A stretch of 64,000 nucleotides of DNA from an uncultured virus (IMG/VR IMGVR_UViG_3300021599_001640) (taxonomy: Duplodnaviria; Heunggongvirae; Uroviricota; Caudoviricetes). The translations under genes and the position numbers were made by a program. This document shows positions 1 to 9,824 of this stretch, piece after piece (the first letter of the stretch is position 1; each line of letters opens with the position of its first letter). The stretch is taken from the IMG/VR virus record IMGVR_UViG_3300021599_001640. One strand, written 5' to 3'. Below the pieces are notes generated by a model. The model did no database searches and was not told the DNA's origin. It saw only the letters and a program-made list of their open reading frames with translations.

Positions 1-2
1 GA

Positions 3-953
3 CCATTACTAGACAAGTTTAATGCAATATTAGATAGATTTTCTGCTGTTCTAAAGTCATTATCAACGAGACCATCAAAACAACAACCTGGAGGAGGAAA
101 ATCCACATCTACACAAGCGAAAGATGGAGCTCGAGGAGCTACAGGAGCACCTGGAGCACCTGGTGTTTCTGGATCACCTGGTGTTACTACGACTGGAGAA
201 AAGGGGGTATTAGATCTTATTGCTTCAGTCGAACAAGGTCCGGAAGGATATGATAGTTTTAATACAAGTGCAGGAAAAACTCCCGGTAAGGCTACAGAGC
301 AAACGATTGGGTGGTTGGCTAAAAACGCACGAGGAGCAATTGGTAGATATCAACAAATGCCCCAATATCTATTGGAAAGAGCGCAAAGAGCTGGATTCAA
401 TGCAAATACAAAATTTACACCAGAAGTTCAAGATGCAATAACACTAAACGAATTAAGATCAAGTCATGGAATAAATGAGTTTTTATCCGGTAAAATATCA
501 GAAGAACAATTTTTACAAAAACTTGCTCCAACATGGAGAGGATTGCCTCAGGGAAAAATTAATGCTGCAAAACTAGGCGGAACAGCAGATTTAACATATC
601 AAGATCAATATTCTGGAAGAAATCTTGCTGGCAAAACATATGCAACTACTATTTCCGAATTGAGAAATATTAGATCAGGTGGTAATAAACCAGTCGCATC
701 AACTCAACAACGAAATAAACCGGCAGTTGTTGCCGCTCCAGCACAACAACAAATGCAACAACAATCTGCACAACAGGTTGCACAAGTTCCTGTAACACAA
801 TCGCAACCACAAGTAAATATTCTTCCTTTGCAAGGTGGAGGTGGAAATCAACAAGGAACCGCAAAACCACCTCAAGCACCTATAACAGGCATTAGAGGAG
901 AAACTGTTCCAATGTTACCCACCACAAATCCTGATAATTTCCTTACATTATAA
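3..953 (+). CDS. Virion/baseplate-associated protein with a lambda-lysozyme-like muramidase domain (5' partial; C-terminus probably truncated)
   Basis: Frame is open from position 3. Motifs LDLIASVE..YD, AIGRYQ, F.PEVQD and LAPTWRGLP resemble lambda-type lysozymes. Short GAP/GAT collagen-like run and Gln-rich tail. Confidence 0.65.
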   Translation, partial: PLLDKFNAILDRFSAVLKSLSTRPSKQQPGGGKSTSTQAKDGARGATGAPGAPGVSGSPGVTTTGEKGVLDLIASVEQGPEGYDSFNTSAGKTPGKATEQTIGWLAKNARGAIGRYQQMPQYLLERAQRAGFNANTKFTPEVQDAITLNELRSSHGINEFLSGKISEEQFLQKLAPTWRGLPQGKINAAKLGGTADLTYQDQYSGRNLAGKTYATTISELRNIRSGGNKPVASTQQRNKPAVVAAPAQQQMQQQSAQQVAQVPVTQSQPQVNILPLQGGGGNQQGTAKPPQAPITGIRGETVPMLPTTNPDNFLTL

Positions 954-2652
954 ACTTAAGAAAGCTTTAGGAGCAAATGTAGCTGTAAGTTTTGGAAGTG
1001 CCGGTAACTTATTGAGTGGTCTTGCAAGTGGGGCTTTAGATGCTGCATCTTTTGTTGGAGATTTCTTCGGAAAAAAAGATGGTAAATCAAAATTACCAAA
1101 ACCAAATAGTAAAGCAGGAAGACCATTACAATCTGGTACAAAAATAAAAATACCAGGTGTTAGAGCATTAGGTGTTTTGACACCACTTTTGGCTGGACTT
1201 GATTTTGCTCAGGGGATTTCTCAAGGAGAATCGACTGGAAAAGCTGCTGCAGGTGCTGCTGGATCTGCAGCTGGAGGAATTGCTGGTGCAGCCGCTGGTG
1301 GAGCTTTAGCGGGTGCTATAACATCTGGAATGATTGGACAAGGTTTAGTTCCTATTCCTGGATTGGGATTTGTTTTAGGTGCTGCTGTAGGTGGATTAGG
1401 GGCTTTTGCTGGTGGATATTTTGCAGATAGAGCTTATGAAGCTACAGAAAAAAATGCAAAACAAAAAATAGAATCAAAACTTAAAATACAAGAGGCAAAA
1501 CAAAAAGAAGCAGCTGCAGCCGCTGCTAAATTATCTTTACCAGAAGTTTTAGATAAGTTTGAAAGGGTAGTATTTCAATTTGAAAGAGTTTCTTATAATT
1601 TACAATTATCAGAGGTCACTGATACTCCAACAGGATATGATGAAGAGTTAGATCCGGAAGAATTGCCGCCTCCAACGGATGAATCTACTGGTGGACCAGT
1701 TCAGTACGGATCTGGTAATGCGGAATTTGGAGAAACGGGAAACGTAAGAAATTCTACTGGTTGGGTTCATGGACATTTCCAGGGAGAAACTGTTTCTGAA
1801 GTCGTGAATGATACTACAACAGTGGTAAAAGCATTATTAAAACAAGGATCTCCAGTATATTTAAATCCAGGAATTGATTTGTTACCATCAAAACAATATA
1901 GTGATTCGGAATTGAGAAATTATGTTGATGCCGCAAGAAGATCGCATACTCATAGCGGTAGTGGAAAATCAATTGATGTATTTGTAAGAAAAGGAACCAA
2001 AGTACCTGTTCCTTTGAGTAATATAGGTCCAACTGGAAAAGATTTTGGTGGTTATGGAAGGGGAGGACTTGGTGGATATATTCAGGGAACAAGAACTTGG
2101 ATTGGCCATTTAGCTCCAAATTCCAAACCCGGTCTTGCACAAACAAAAGGGGAAATAAAACCAAAAGGAAAAGAATCTGGAGAGATGCAAGATCTTGTCC
2201 CCAATCCAAATATGATGAATAAAACCTCGACAGACCAAACTACTATCCAAAGGCAATCACAAGTAATGAGTCAGAGGTTTATCAAACCATCCACTCAATC
2301 TTCATCTAATAATTTAATCCAAGCGCAAACAAATGTTTTTCCGCAAGAAAAACTAACTCAAATGAAATATGATGAAAATAATATTTCTAAAGTACAGGAC
2401 TCGATGATACAACCAACATCTACACAATTGGTTGTAATACCTCAACAAATCCAACAATATCCATCTTATAATATGCCACAATCATCAGTAACTTTGATTC
2501 CTATACTTTCTGGAAATGGTAATCAAAAACCTGTCGTTATTTCTACGCCAAATGGAGGTTCTCAAACAGTAGTAGTGTCTGGGCCAAGTGAAGGTCAAGT
2601 GTTAAATAGTTTATATAAGAACATACTTCTAACATCTCTATCAGCCACATAA
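952..2652 (+). CDS. Virion-associated protein with Gly/Ala-rich hydrophobic region and M23-peptidase-like motifs; natural start appears to be missing
   Basis: ORF track 1012..2652 starts at TTG, but the frame is open further upstream (KLKKALGANVAV). Glycine-zipper segment; motifs STGWVHGHF, H..SID and IGHL. Confidence 0.55.
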   Translation, partial: KLKKALGANVAVSFGSAGNLLSGLASGALDAASFVGDFFGKKDGKSKLPKPNSKAGRPLQSGTKIKIPGVRALGVLTPLLAGLDFAQGISQGESTGKAAAGAAGSAAGGIAGAAAGGALAGAITSGMIGQGLVPIPGLGFVLGAAVGGLGAFAGGYFADRAYEATEKNAKQKIESKLKIQEAKQKEAAAAAAKLSLPEVLDKFERVVFQFERVSYNLQLSEVTDTPTGYDEELDPEELPPPTDESTGGPVQYGSGNAEFGETGNVRNSTGWVHGHFQGETVSEVVNDTTTVVKALLKQGSPVYLNPGIDLLPSKQYSDSELRNYVDAARRSHTHSGSGKSIDVFVRKGTKVPVPLSNIGPTGKDFGGYGRGGLGGYIQGTRTWIGHLAPNSKPGLAQTKGEIKPKGKESGEMQDLVPNPNMMNKTSTDQTTIQRQSQVMSQRFIKPSTQSSSNNLIQAQTNVFPQEKLTQMKYDENNISKVQDSMIQPTSTQLVVIPQQIQQYPSYNMPQSSVTLIPILSGNGNQKPVVISTPNGGSQTVVVSGPSEGQVLNSLYKNILLTSLSAT

Positions 2653-2655
2653 ATT

Positions 2656-3933
2656 ATGTCAGTAGCAGTAGGTAGTTTAAGATTTAATGCGGTTGAGTTA
2701 ATAGCTTTAAATGATACTAAAAGAATTGATTTAACTAATAGTGTTGTTTTTATCGATTACTTTGAGGATATTCTTTCGCCATGCGTGACGATGAATATGC
2801 AAATAGCCACAGGAAACTCTATTTTCAACACCTTACCAATACGTGGTGGAGAAAAGGTAGTTTTTGATATATCTACTGCGACTGGTAATTTTACGTTAGA
2901 TGGTGATTATGGAATGTATGTCTACAAAGTCAGTGGTTATGCTTCTGACGGACAAAAAGAAATGTTTACATTACATCTAGTTTCTAGAGAAGGACTGACA
3001 AACGAAACTTCAAGATGTCAAAAGAAATATGAAAAGTTACCTATAAATGAACATGTAACTTCTATATTAGATGAAGTATTAACTACAAAAAAATATGAAT
3101 CATCTAATATTGAAAGAACTTCAAATTCGTATAGTTTTATTGGTAATCAGAAAAAACCTTTTCATATTTTAACTTGGTTAGGTCCAAAGGGAATTCCTTC
3201 AACCGGATCTTCAGGAACTAGTGGAGAACTAGCCAAAGGAGTTGCTGGATTTCTTTTTTATGAAACAAAAGACGGATTTAATTTTAAAAGTATCGATAAA
3301 TTAGTTTCTGCAACCACAAGTGGAGCTGAAGATTCCTCTGTAATAACTTATACTTATAATAATGTTATTCAAGAAAATTCTATTCAAAATAATTTTACAA
3401 TCTTAGATTATGCTTTGGAAAAAAATATTGATTTAATGAAATCTCTTCGAGTTGGAATGTACGCAAATAAAACTTATTTTTATGATTTGTACACAAATAA
3501 GTTAGATATCTATGCATACTATCTAAAAAATGAAATTCGTAGTAAACTAGGTACTCAAGATGATCTTGTGATACCGAGTGGATTTGAAGAATCTTTTTCC
3601 CGAATTCTAGTTAGAACAAGTGATAAAGGTACTTTAGACCCAAATGATATTGCAGGTAGTTCTGGAAGAGACAATGCTGACATGGCTAAATCTTTTTCCA
3701 GATATAACTTGCTCTTTACTCAATCGCTAAATATGGTAGTGCCATGTAACGTTAATCTTCGTGCAGGTGGGGTTGTGAAAGCTCAATTTCCAAAAGTTGA
3801 ATCATCACAACAAACAAGTCTCGATGAAGAACAAAGTGGTAAATACTTAATTAAAGAATTGAGACATCATTTTGAAGGCAACAACATGGTCACCTCTCTA
3901 AAATTAGTTAGAGATTCTTACGGATTGTATTAA
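2656..3933 (+). CDS. Baseplate hub/tail structural protein (gp27-like fold likely)
   Basis: 425 aa; IDYFEDILSP, FLFYETKDGFNFKSID and SGKYLIKELRH motifs are typical of myophage hub proteins; lies upstream of gp5. Confidence 0.6.
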   Translation: MSVAVGSLRFNAVELIALNDTKRIDLTNSVVFIDYFEDILSPCVTMNMQIATGNSIFNTLPIRGGEKVVFDISTATGNFTLDGDYGMYVYKVSGYASDGQKEMFTLHLVSREGLTNETSRCQKKYEKLPINEHVTSILDEVLTTKKYESSNIERTSNSYSFIGNQKKPFHILTWLGPKGIPSTGSSGTSGELAKGVAGFLFYETKDGFNFKSIDKLVSATTSGAEDSSVITYTYNNVIQENSIQNNFTILDYALEKNIDLMKSLRVGMYANKTYFYDLYTNKLDIYAYYLKNEIRSKLGTQDDLVIPSGFEESFSRILVRTSDKGTLDPNDIAGSSGRDNADMAKSFSRYNLLFTQSLNMVVPCNVNLRAGGVVKAQFPKVESSQQTSLDEEQSGKYLIKELRHHFEGNNMVTSLKLVRDSYGLY

Positions 3934-3939
3934 ATTACC

Positions 3940-4152
3940 ATGGAAAACATAGATGCACATATTGCCAAGGATAAAGCTCTCCTTGACGACCCACTAATTT
4001 CTGCACAATCACGCAGACATACAGAAGAAGAATTAGAAGCTCTTGAAGCTTATAAAATGAATCATCCAGAAGATAGTCATGACCCAACTCCATTAGAGTT
4101 GTTCTGTGATTCTAATCCAAATGCTCTAGAATGTAGAATTTACGATGATTGA
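3940..4152 (+). CDS. cp12: CP12 Calvin-cycle inhibitor (phage type, C-terminal Cys pair only)
   Basis: C-terminus LELFCDSNPNALECRIYDD matches the CP12 signature; 70 aa. Confidence 0.9.
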   Translation: MENIDAHIAKDKALLDDPLISAQSRRHTEEELEALEAYKMNHPEDSHDPTPLELFCDSNPNALECRIYDD

Positions 4153-6388
4153 AGAATCTTTACTTAAATCTAACTTTATCGGAAAAGATGGTTTCGTTTG
4201 GTGGATCGGCCAAGTTGCCGATCCGAAAGTTTGGCGTACCGAAAAGTCCAGAGTAGATGAAAGTAAAGATACAAGTTGGGCATATAGATGTAAAGTACGA
4301 ATAATAGGGTATCACAGTTTTGATGCAAATATTTTACCCGATGAAGATCTACCTTGGGCTCATATTTTAACCAGTGCTTCAGAAGGATCTCCAGGACAAG
4401 GTAGTTTTGGTAAAACTCATATGATAGTGGGAGGAGAATCTGTTTTAGGATTCTTCTTAGATGGCGAAGAAGGTCAACAACCAGTTGTTGTATCTTGTTT
4501 TTATAGATCAAAAGCAGTAGAAAACGCAAAAGAACCTGGACCTTTTAAACCTTTCACTGGGATGCAAGGTAATTTAAAGGCCAGTGCAACAAGAATAAAA
4601 GCTCCTGCAACTGGAGTCATAAAAGAAGCCGAAAAAAATACAGTTGAAAGTGGATCAGCAATAAAATTTTCACAAAATCCAGAATTTGGAATAGGAGATT
4701 CTGGATTAGATTTATCCCCTAATTTTAATCCACTTACGCCAGATACAGGAAATTCATCAGGAAGTTTTAGAAAAATACCTGGTGCATCTTCTGACGAACT
4801 TTTTTACAAGGATGTAGGAAATCTTGCATTTTTAAAGGCTTTTAATGATGCAGGAGAAGTGTCTGGATCTAACGGATGTTTGACAAATGTATTAGCTAAT
4901 ATTACTAGTGCTTTACAGGGATTCATTGGATTTGTGAATGGTTTAGAAAAGACTATTTTTGGATTCATAGACCCAATAAGAAATAAAATTGTAGATATAG
5001 GTTCACAAATAAAATCAGTCGCAAGATTGATAGCATCTCTTATGAAATTCATCATAAATGGGATGCGTGACAATATAATAAAGTTAACAGGGTGTTTATT
5101 TAGAGCTTTTTCGATAACAATACCACTTCCTCAGTGGTTAAGACTATCCGAAGCAGCTAAAAGAATTTTAGATATAATTTTTTGTATCTTTGAAAAATTA
5201 TTTGGACCAATAGAAAATTTTATTGCTGGATTACTGTCAGGACTAATCGGAAAAACTCCAAATATTCCAAGATGTGCTGCAGAAGAACTTACTGCTTCTC
5301 TTATTTCCAAACTTATGGAAATGGTCGATGACAGTTTAGCTACAGTTCTTTCTGGTTTGGATTGGTTAGTTGGTGGAGTAGGTGAAATCACAGGATATTT
5401 AAAAACTGCAGCTCAAGAAATTTCTCAACTACTTAGTTTCTTAAACTGTGATGGACTTCTATGCCAAACTCCTGGAACATGGGATCCATTTAAAGGAGTA
5501 AAGTTCCCAGAGACTGATGAGTGGGCAAAAGTAGTTGGTAATATAGATTTACTAGGTGGTTATGGTGGTGAAGTCAATGATTGGATAGGTTTACTGTCAT
5601 CGTTTGGATCTGCAGACACTCCATTCAAAGATTGTAGAAACAAAGCATTAAATCCAAAGAATCAAAAAGATCTTCCACCCATACCACCAGGTACATTATT
5701 CTATAAGTGTATTCCACCAGAAGTAATTATAAATGGTGATGGAACAGGTGCAAAAGCAATACCTGTTATAGAACCTACATCTGGTTCTATTTTAACAGTA
5801 AAAGTTCTAGAAGCTGGTAAAGGATATAGTAGACCACCTTCTATTTCGATTCTTGATAACAGTAATTATGGATCTGGTGCTGAAGCAAAATCAACCATCA
5901 AAAATGGACAAATAGAATCAATTTACATTGTAAAATCTGGATCTGGATATTGTTTAACAGATCTTCAATCGGCAATTGTAAATGTAGGAGTAGACACCAC
6001 TAGTGTAGGTTCTGGAACTGGAATAGGTGCAACTAGTTCTGTTGGTGTTGGTACAACCAGTTCTGCTGGAATTTCTACCGTACCTGTTGGAATTATAACC
6101 TCTTTAGTAGTAGAATCTCCAGGATTTGGATATACTTCTGGTGATACTATCTTAGTCGGTAGTTGCGTTTATAGTCCTATTTTAACTACTAATGGTTCAA
6201 TAATAGGTATAAACTCAGTTTCATATTGTTCTCAACAATTCAAAATTGTTCCACCAGTGACCATAAATACAACTACTGGGGTTGGTGCTGAAGTATATCC
6301 AGTATTACAATATATTCCACAATATATTGTCAATAATCAACCTACAACTGGTATAGGTTCAATCACAGAAGTAGTAGAGTGCGTATGA
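4145..6388 (+). CDS. gp5: Baseplate hub subunit gp5 (N-terminal OB-fold)
   Basis: GFVWWIGQV...RCKVRIIGYH...LPWA...GESVLGFFLDG matches the gp5 N-terminal domain. Confidence 0.8.
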   Translation: MIEESLLKSNFIGKDGFVWWIGQVADPKVWRTEKSRVDESKDTSWAYRCKVRIIGYHSFDANILPDEDLPWAHILTSASEGSPGQGSFGKTHMIVGGESVLGFFLDGEEGQQPVVVSCFYRSKAVENAKEPGPFKPFTGMQGNLKASATRIKAPATGVIKEAEKNTVESGSAIKFSQNPEFGIGDSGLDLSPNFNPLTPDTGNSSGSFRKIPGASSDELFYKDVGNLAFLKAFNDAGEVSGSNGCLTNVLANITSALQGFIGFVNGLEKTIFGFIDPIRNKIVDIGSQIKSVARLIASLMKFIINGMRDNIIKLTGCLFRAFSITIPLPQWLRLSEAAKRILDIIFCIFEKLFGPIENFIAGLLSGLIGKTPNIPRCAAEELTASLISKLMEMVDDSLATVLSGLDWLVGGVGEITGYLKTAAQEISQLLSFLNCDGLLCQTPGTWDPFKGVKFPETDEWAKVVGNIDLLGGYGGEVNDWIGLLSSFGSADTPFKDCRNKALNPKNQKDLPPIPPGTLFYKCIPPEVIINGDGTGAKAIPVIEPTSGSILTVKVLEAGKGYSRPPSISILDNSNYGSGAEAKSTIKNGQIESIYIVKSGSGYCLTDLQSAIVNVGVDTTSVGSGTGIGATSSVGVGTTSSAGISTVPVGIITSLVVESPGFGYTSGDTILVGSCVYSPILTTNGSIIGINSVSYCSQQFKIVPPVTINTTTGVGAEVYPVLQYIPQYIVNNQPTTGIGSITEVVECV

Positions 6389-6942
6389 CGGATCAACCAA
6401 AAGAGTATTATGAAAAAAGACCCGGATTTGAAATAAAATCTGGAGTTCCTGATGGTGCAGGTAGAACGATAGATTATTCTGTAATAACTGATAAAGCACA
6501 AGGATTTCAATATTCTACTGATGGTACTAAATTTGATCTGACAAATAAAACATCATATGAATTGTGCGGTGAAGATTGTCAACCTAAAGAACCTGCTAAA
6601 ATAATTCGTGCAAAGAATGGAGATATAATTATTGAGGCAATGTCTGGGGAAATTGTCTTGCGTGGAAAAAATATAAGAATAGAAGCAATAGATGGAAAAG
6701 GTGAAGTTACTGTAACTTCTACTAGTCAAATTGCTTTAAATAGTCCCATTCAAAGTTTTAAATCCACAAATTCAAATTCAGTATCAACAAATAACCATAC
6801 AGTGGCTGGTAATGTTGTTGAAGATACAGCTGGAGTAGTTAAATCTAGTAGTGTAGCTACAGATGCAACTCAAGGAAGTTTTCTTGGATCATTAATGAAA
6901 GTGATTGAAAAATTCAAAAAATGGTTAGAGTGCGCTCCATAA
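6385..6942 (+). CDS. gp5 C-terminal-like beta-helix spike protein
   Basis: ATG at 6385 overlaps the gp5 stop; repetitive beta strands (IIIEAMSGEIVLRGKNIRIEA). Confidence 0.5.
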   Translation: MTDQPKEYYEKRPGFEIKSGVPDGAGRTIDYSVITDKAQGFQYSTDGTKFDLTNKTSYELCGEDCQPKEPAKIIRAKNGDIIIEAMSGEIVLRGKNIRIEAIDGKGEVTVTSTSQIALNSPIQSFKSTNSNSVSTNNHTVAGNVVEDTAGVVKSSSVATDATQGSFLGSLMKVIEKFKKWLECAP

Positions 6943-6948
6943 GAAAAA

Positions 6949-7797
6949 ATGACAAACTCTATCAAACACATAGGTGATAAACTAGTAGTAGGTGAGTTAG
7001 ATGTTTCATTCCTTGATGTGGGATCAAGGTTGTTACCAGGAACATCCGTATTGAATGGTCCAGTTTATATTGGTTTAGTTGCTAGTGCAGTTATTCCAAG
7101 AGCAAACTGCATGATGGGCCCTGGTATAACTTCACCAAAAACATTAGAAGTTGTTGGTGTTTCCGACATTATTGGAATTACAAACGTCACTGGCGTCGTG
7201 AATAGATTTGCATTTACTACTGCAAAAGGTGCTACAATAAAGTTAGGAGTAAGTATAAAAAAAGCTTTAGGTGCTAGTTTAGGATTAAGTACAAAAGCAG
7301 CAAAACAACTAACGCACGGAAAGAAAATTTGTAGTGCAGGAATCGTAACTCCAAGCATTAAGGCCGGATTAGGAAAATTTGTAACTTGTAAAGCAGATCT
7401 AGGTGTATTCAAAGCAGTTGCAGCACCATTTAAAAAATTTGATATACCCCATCCATCAAAACCTGGATATAGACTTACTCACACCTGTATCGAAGGTCCA
7501 GAGATAGGGGTATATTATAGAGGAAAATTAAAAGATTCTAATGTTATAGAATTACCAGATTATTGGAAGAATTTAATAGATCCAGAAACTATCACTGTAC
7601 ATTTAACACCACATACTTTTCATCAAGAACTCTATGTAAAAGATATTCAATGGGGTTCTAGAATCAATATAATAAATAATTCTGGTGGAAACATTGACTG
7701 CAGTTATATTGTTTATGCAGAAAGAATTGATGTAGAAAAATTAGTAGTTGAATACGAAGAAAAAAAATCAGATTTTTGTCCAGAAAAAAATAATTAA
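6949..7797 (+). CDS. Tail-associated protein with C-terminal chaperone-like domain
   Basis: FDIPHPSKPGYRLTHTCIEGPE..VYYRG..IELPDYW motif is common at the ends of cyanophage fibre proteins. Confidence 0.6.
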   Translation: MTNSIKHIGDKLVVGELDVSFLDVGSRLLPGTSVLNGPVYIGLVASAVIPRANCMMGPGITSPKTLEVVGVSDIIGITNVTGVVNRFAFTTAKGATIKLGVSIKKALGASLGLSTKAAKQLTHGKKICSAGIVTPSIKAGLGKFVTCKADLGVFKAVAAPFKKFDIPHPSKPGYRLTHTCIEGPEIGVYYRGKLKDSNVIELPDYWKNLIDPETITVHLTPHTFHQELYVKDIQWGSRINIINNSGGNIDCSYIVYAERIDVEKLVVEYEEKKSDFCPEKNN

Positions 7798-7799
7798 TT

Positions 7800-9440
7800 A
7801 TGAGTTTATCAACCCATTTTAGAGCAGAACTAGAAGAGGAAATTGAAATTCTAGAGAATCAAAAGGATGCTATCCGAAGTGAAGTAACTTTACTAGATAC
7901 CCAGCTGGATAGATATGATGTTATAATAGAAAATATTGATAGAGATTTAGTGCCATTAATTAATGAAATTAATGTTGGTATCAATTCTGTAAAAAACGCA
8001 TATGATAATAGGGTCTCTATAGGATGCAAAAATGATCTAAGTTGGGAAGTCGTCAAACAAACTAAAGTTAGATTTGGAATAACTGAATATAATTCTGTAA
8101 CATATGAAGTTAAAAAGAATTCAGACGTATCCGAAACTACCAATTATTATGGAGTAAAGTTCTACAGAAAACCACAAAATAAAGACTATGGATCTAATGT
8201 AATAGGAGAATTCACTGGAACAATTAGTTTGGGTTCAACAAGTTTAGCAGTAATAAGCATAGGCGGAACATCGGGTATATTAGTCGGAGACACAATCGTA
8301 GATAACATTGATGATCCAGTAATATTTTCAAGTGGAAATCTACCAACAGTTGTTGGATTTGATACTACTTCAGAAATCGGAATCAATACAACTATCAGTG
8401 GTTCAATATCTGTTGGATCTACTATTCTGGCTTTTACTGGAACAGGAAGCACGATTGGTATTAATACTGGAGATGCAATAGGACTTGAGTATATTTTACC
8501 AGAAAACACAACCGTTGTTGGATTTAGTACTGGATCAATTACTTCAGAAATTTGGGTTGGTGGATCTGGATTTATAACAACTTCTGTAGTTGTTCCTAGT
8601 TTAGTTTTAAGTGACTCTGCTGTTGGAAATACAACTAGTGGAATATTTAAAGTTGGCGTTGTATCGGAATTTTCTTCAATATTATTAAGTACAAGTCCAA
8701 CAGCATCTGTAACTGGACAACTTTTTACAGCAATAAGAAATACTGAAATAGGCAGTTCTGTTTTCAATGAAGAGACAAATCCCATAGATCCAGTATCAAT
8801 TGATTTAATGGATTTGAACAAAGCTGGACTTGGACATAAGGTAGTTTTAGTAAACAATGGAAGTCCGATTGGACCATTCCAATGGCATGAAGTCAGAGAA
8901 GATCGTGAACCAGATTGTGGAGCAAGTTTCGCTCTTTACTATCCAGGAAACGAATCATGGCCAAGTATCTCAACATTTACATATAATCCTAGCACTGGTG
9001 CATTAATTTCAGTAGCAACTACATATGCGTCAATAGGAGCTAGAGTAACTATTGGAGTGGGAACATTAAGTTCTAATGGTATAGGAACTATAACAAGTAA
9101 ACCTGCTCGTTTTAATGGTACTGTTCCATCTGCTGGAGTATGTGCTTCATATTCAAGTAGTATTACATCCTATGAAAGTTCTCTGACAACCATTATTAAT
9201 AGAAATGTTCCGAAAATTACGGAACTTATTTCTAAATCCTCCATCTTAAGAAGACTTAGAGATAAAAAAGAAAGTGCTGCATTTTCTCTTTCTCAGGCAT
9301 ATGACTTTGTGGTTTCGGAAATACAACAAGCCACTTCTGATCTAAACAATCTTAGGGTTGAAGATTTTAGTAAATATGATCCTGACAATTACAAACCAAC
9401 GAGAAGGTCCACTGCAGTTGGTATTGCGTCCGCAATTTAA
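7800..9440 (+). CDS. Virion structural protein (coiled-coil ends, Ser/Thr/Gly-rich beta core with an internal repeat)
   Basis: 546 aa ORF; repeated GxISxGST and TVVGF segments. Confidence 0.55.
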   Translation: MSLSTHFRAELEEEIEILENQKDAIRSEVTLLDTQLDRYDVIIENIDRDLVPLINEINVGINSVKNAYDNRVSIGCKNDLSWEVVKQTKVRFGITEYNSVTYEVKKNSDVSETTNYYGVKFYRKPQNKDYGSNVIGEFTGTISLGSTSLAVISIGGTSGILVGDTIVDNIDDPVIFSSGNLPTVVGFDTTSEIGINTTISGSISVGSTILAFTGTGSTIGINTGDAIGLEYILPENTTVVGFSTGSITSEIWVGGSGFITTSVVVPSLVLSDSAVGNTTSGIFKVGVVSEFSSILLSTSPTASVTGQLFTAIRNTEIGSSVFNEETNPIDPVSIDLMDLNKAGLGHKVVLVNNGSPIGPFQWHEVREDREPDCGASFALYYPGNESWPSISTFTYNPSTGALISVATTYASIGARVTIGVGTLSSNGIGTITSKPARFNGTVPSAGVCASYSSSITSYESSLTTIINRNVPKITELISKSSILRRLRDKKESAAFSLSQAYDFVVSEIQQATSDLNNLRVEDFSKYDPDNYKPTRRSTAVGIASAI

Positions 9441-9484
9441 ACTGGCACACACCTCCACCCAACCGCAAATTTCTGTGGTATGAT
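9428..9484 (+). promoter_or_regulatory. Dyad-promoter cassette, copy 1 (degenerate left arm)
   Basis: Right arm CTGGCA at 9442; -10 TATGAT at 9479 (37-bp offset, as in the other copies). Confidence 0.5.
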
Positions 9485-9510
9485 ATTGGAGTACAACAAA
9501 ATTACTCTAA

Positions 9511-9687
9511 ATGCAAATTGATCGTGATGTCTTGAAGTCCCTTCAAGAACTACAAGAAGATGTTGCCGCAGCCTTTACAGATGAAAACTTTCCAATTAGT
9601 GGTGAAGTTTACTGGACTGCTGTAGAGTGTCTTGCAACTGCAAAACTTGCAGAACTTCGTGGCGAATTGATTGCAGATGAAGTATAA
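9511..9687 (+). CDS. Hypothetical protein (58 aa, not in ORF track)
   Basis: ATG at 9511, MQIDRDVLKSLQELQED...; directly downstream of the cassette promoter. Confidence 0.7.
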   Translation: MQIDRDVLKSLQELQEDVAAAFTDENFPISGEVYWTAVECLATAKLAELRGELIADEV

Positions 9688-9824
9688 GGTCGATTATAAA
9701 AAACCAAAGAAAAAAGGTTACAGTAATCAGAGTGTGATTTTCTTTAATATTGAAGATGCTATCAGGTGGGAAAATCATGTAAAAGAAAACTGTTGTATAA
9801 ATGTAGAAGTAATTCCGATTTTAA

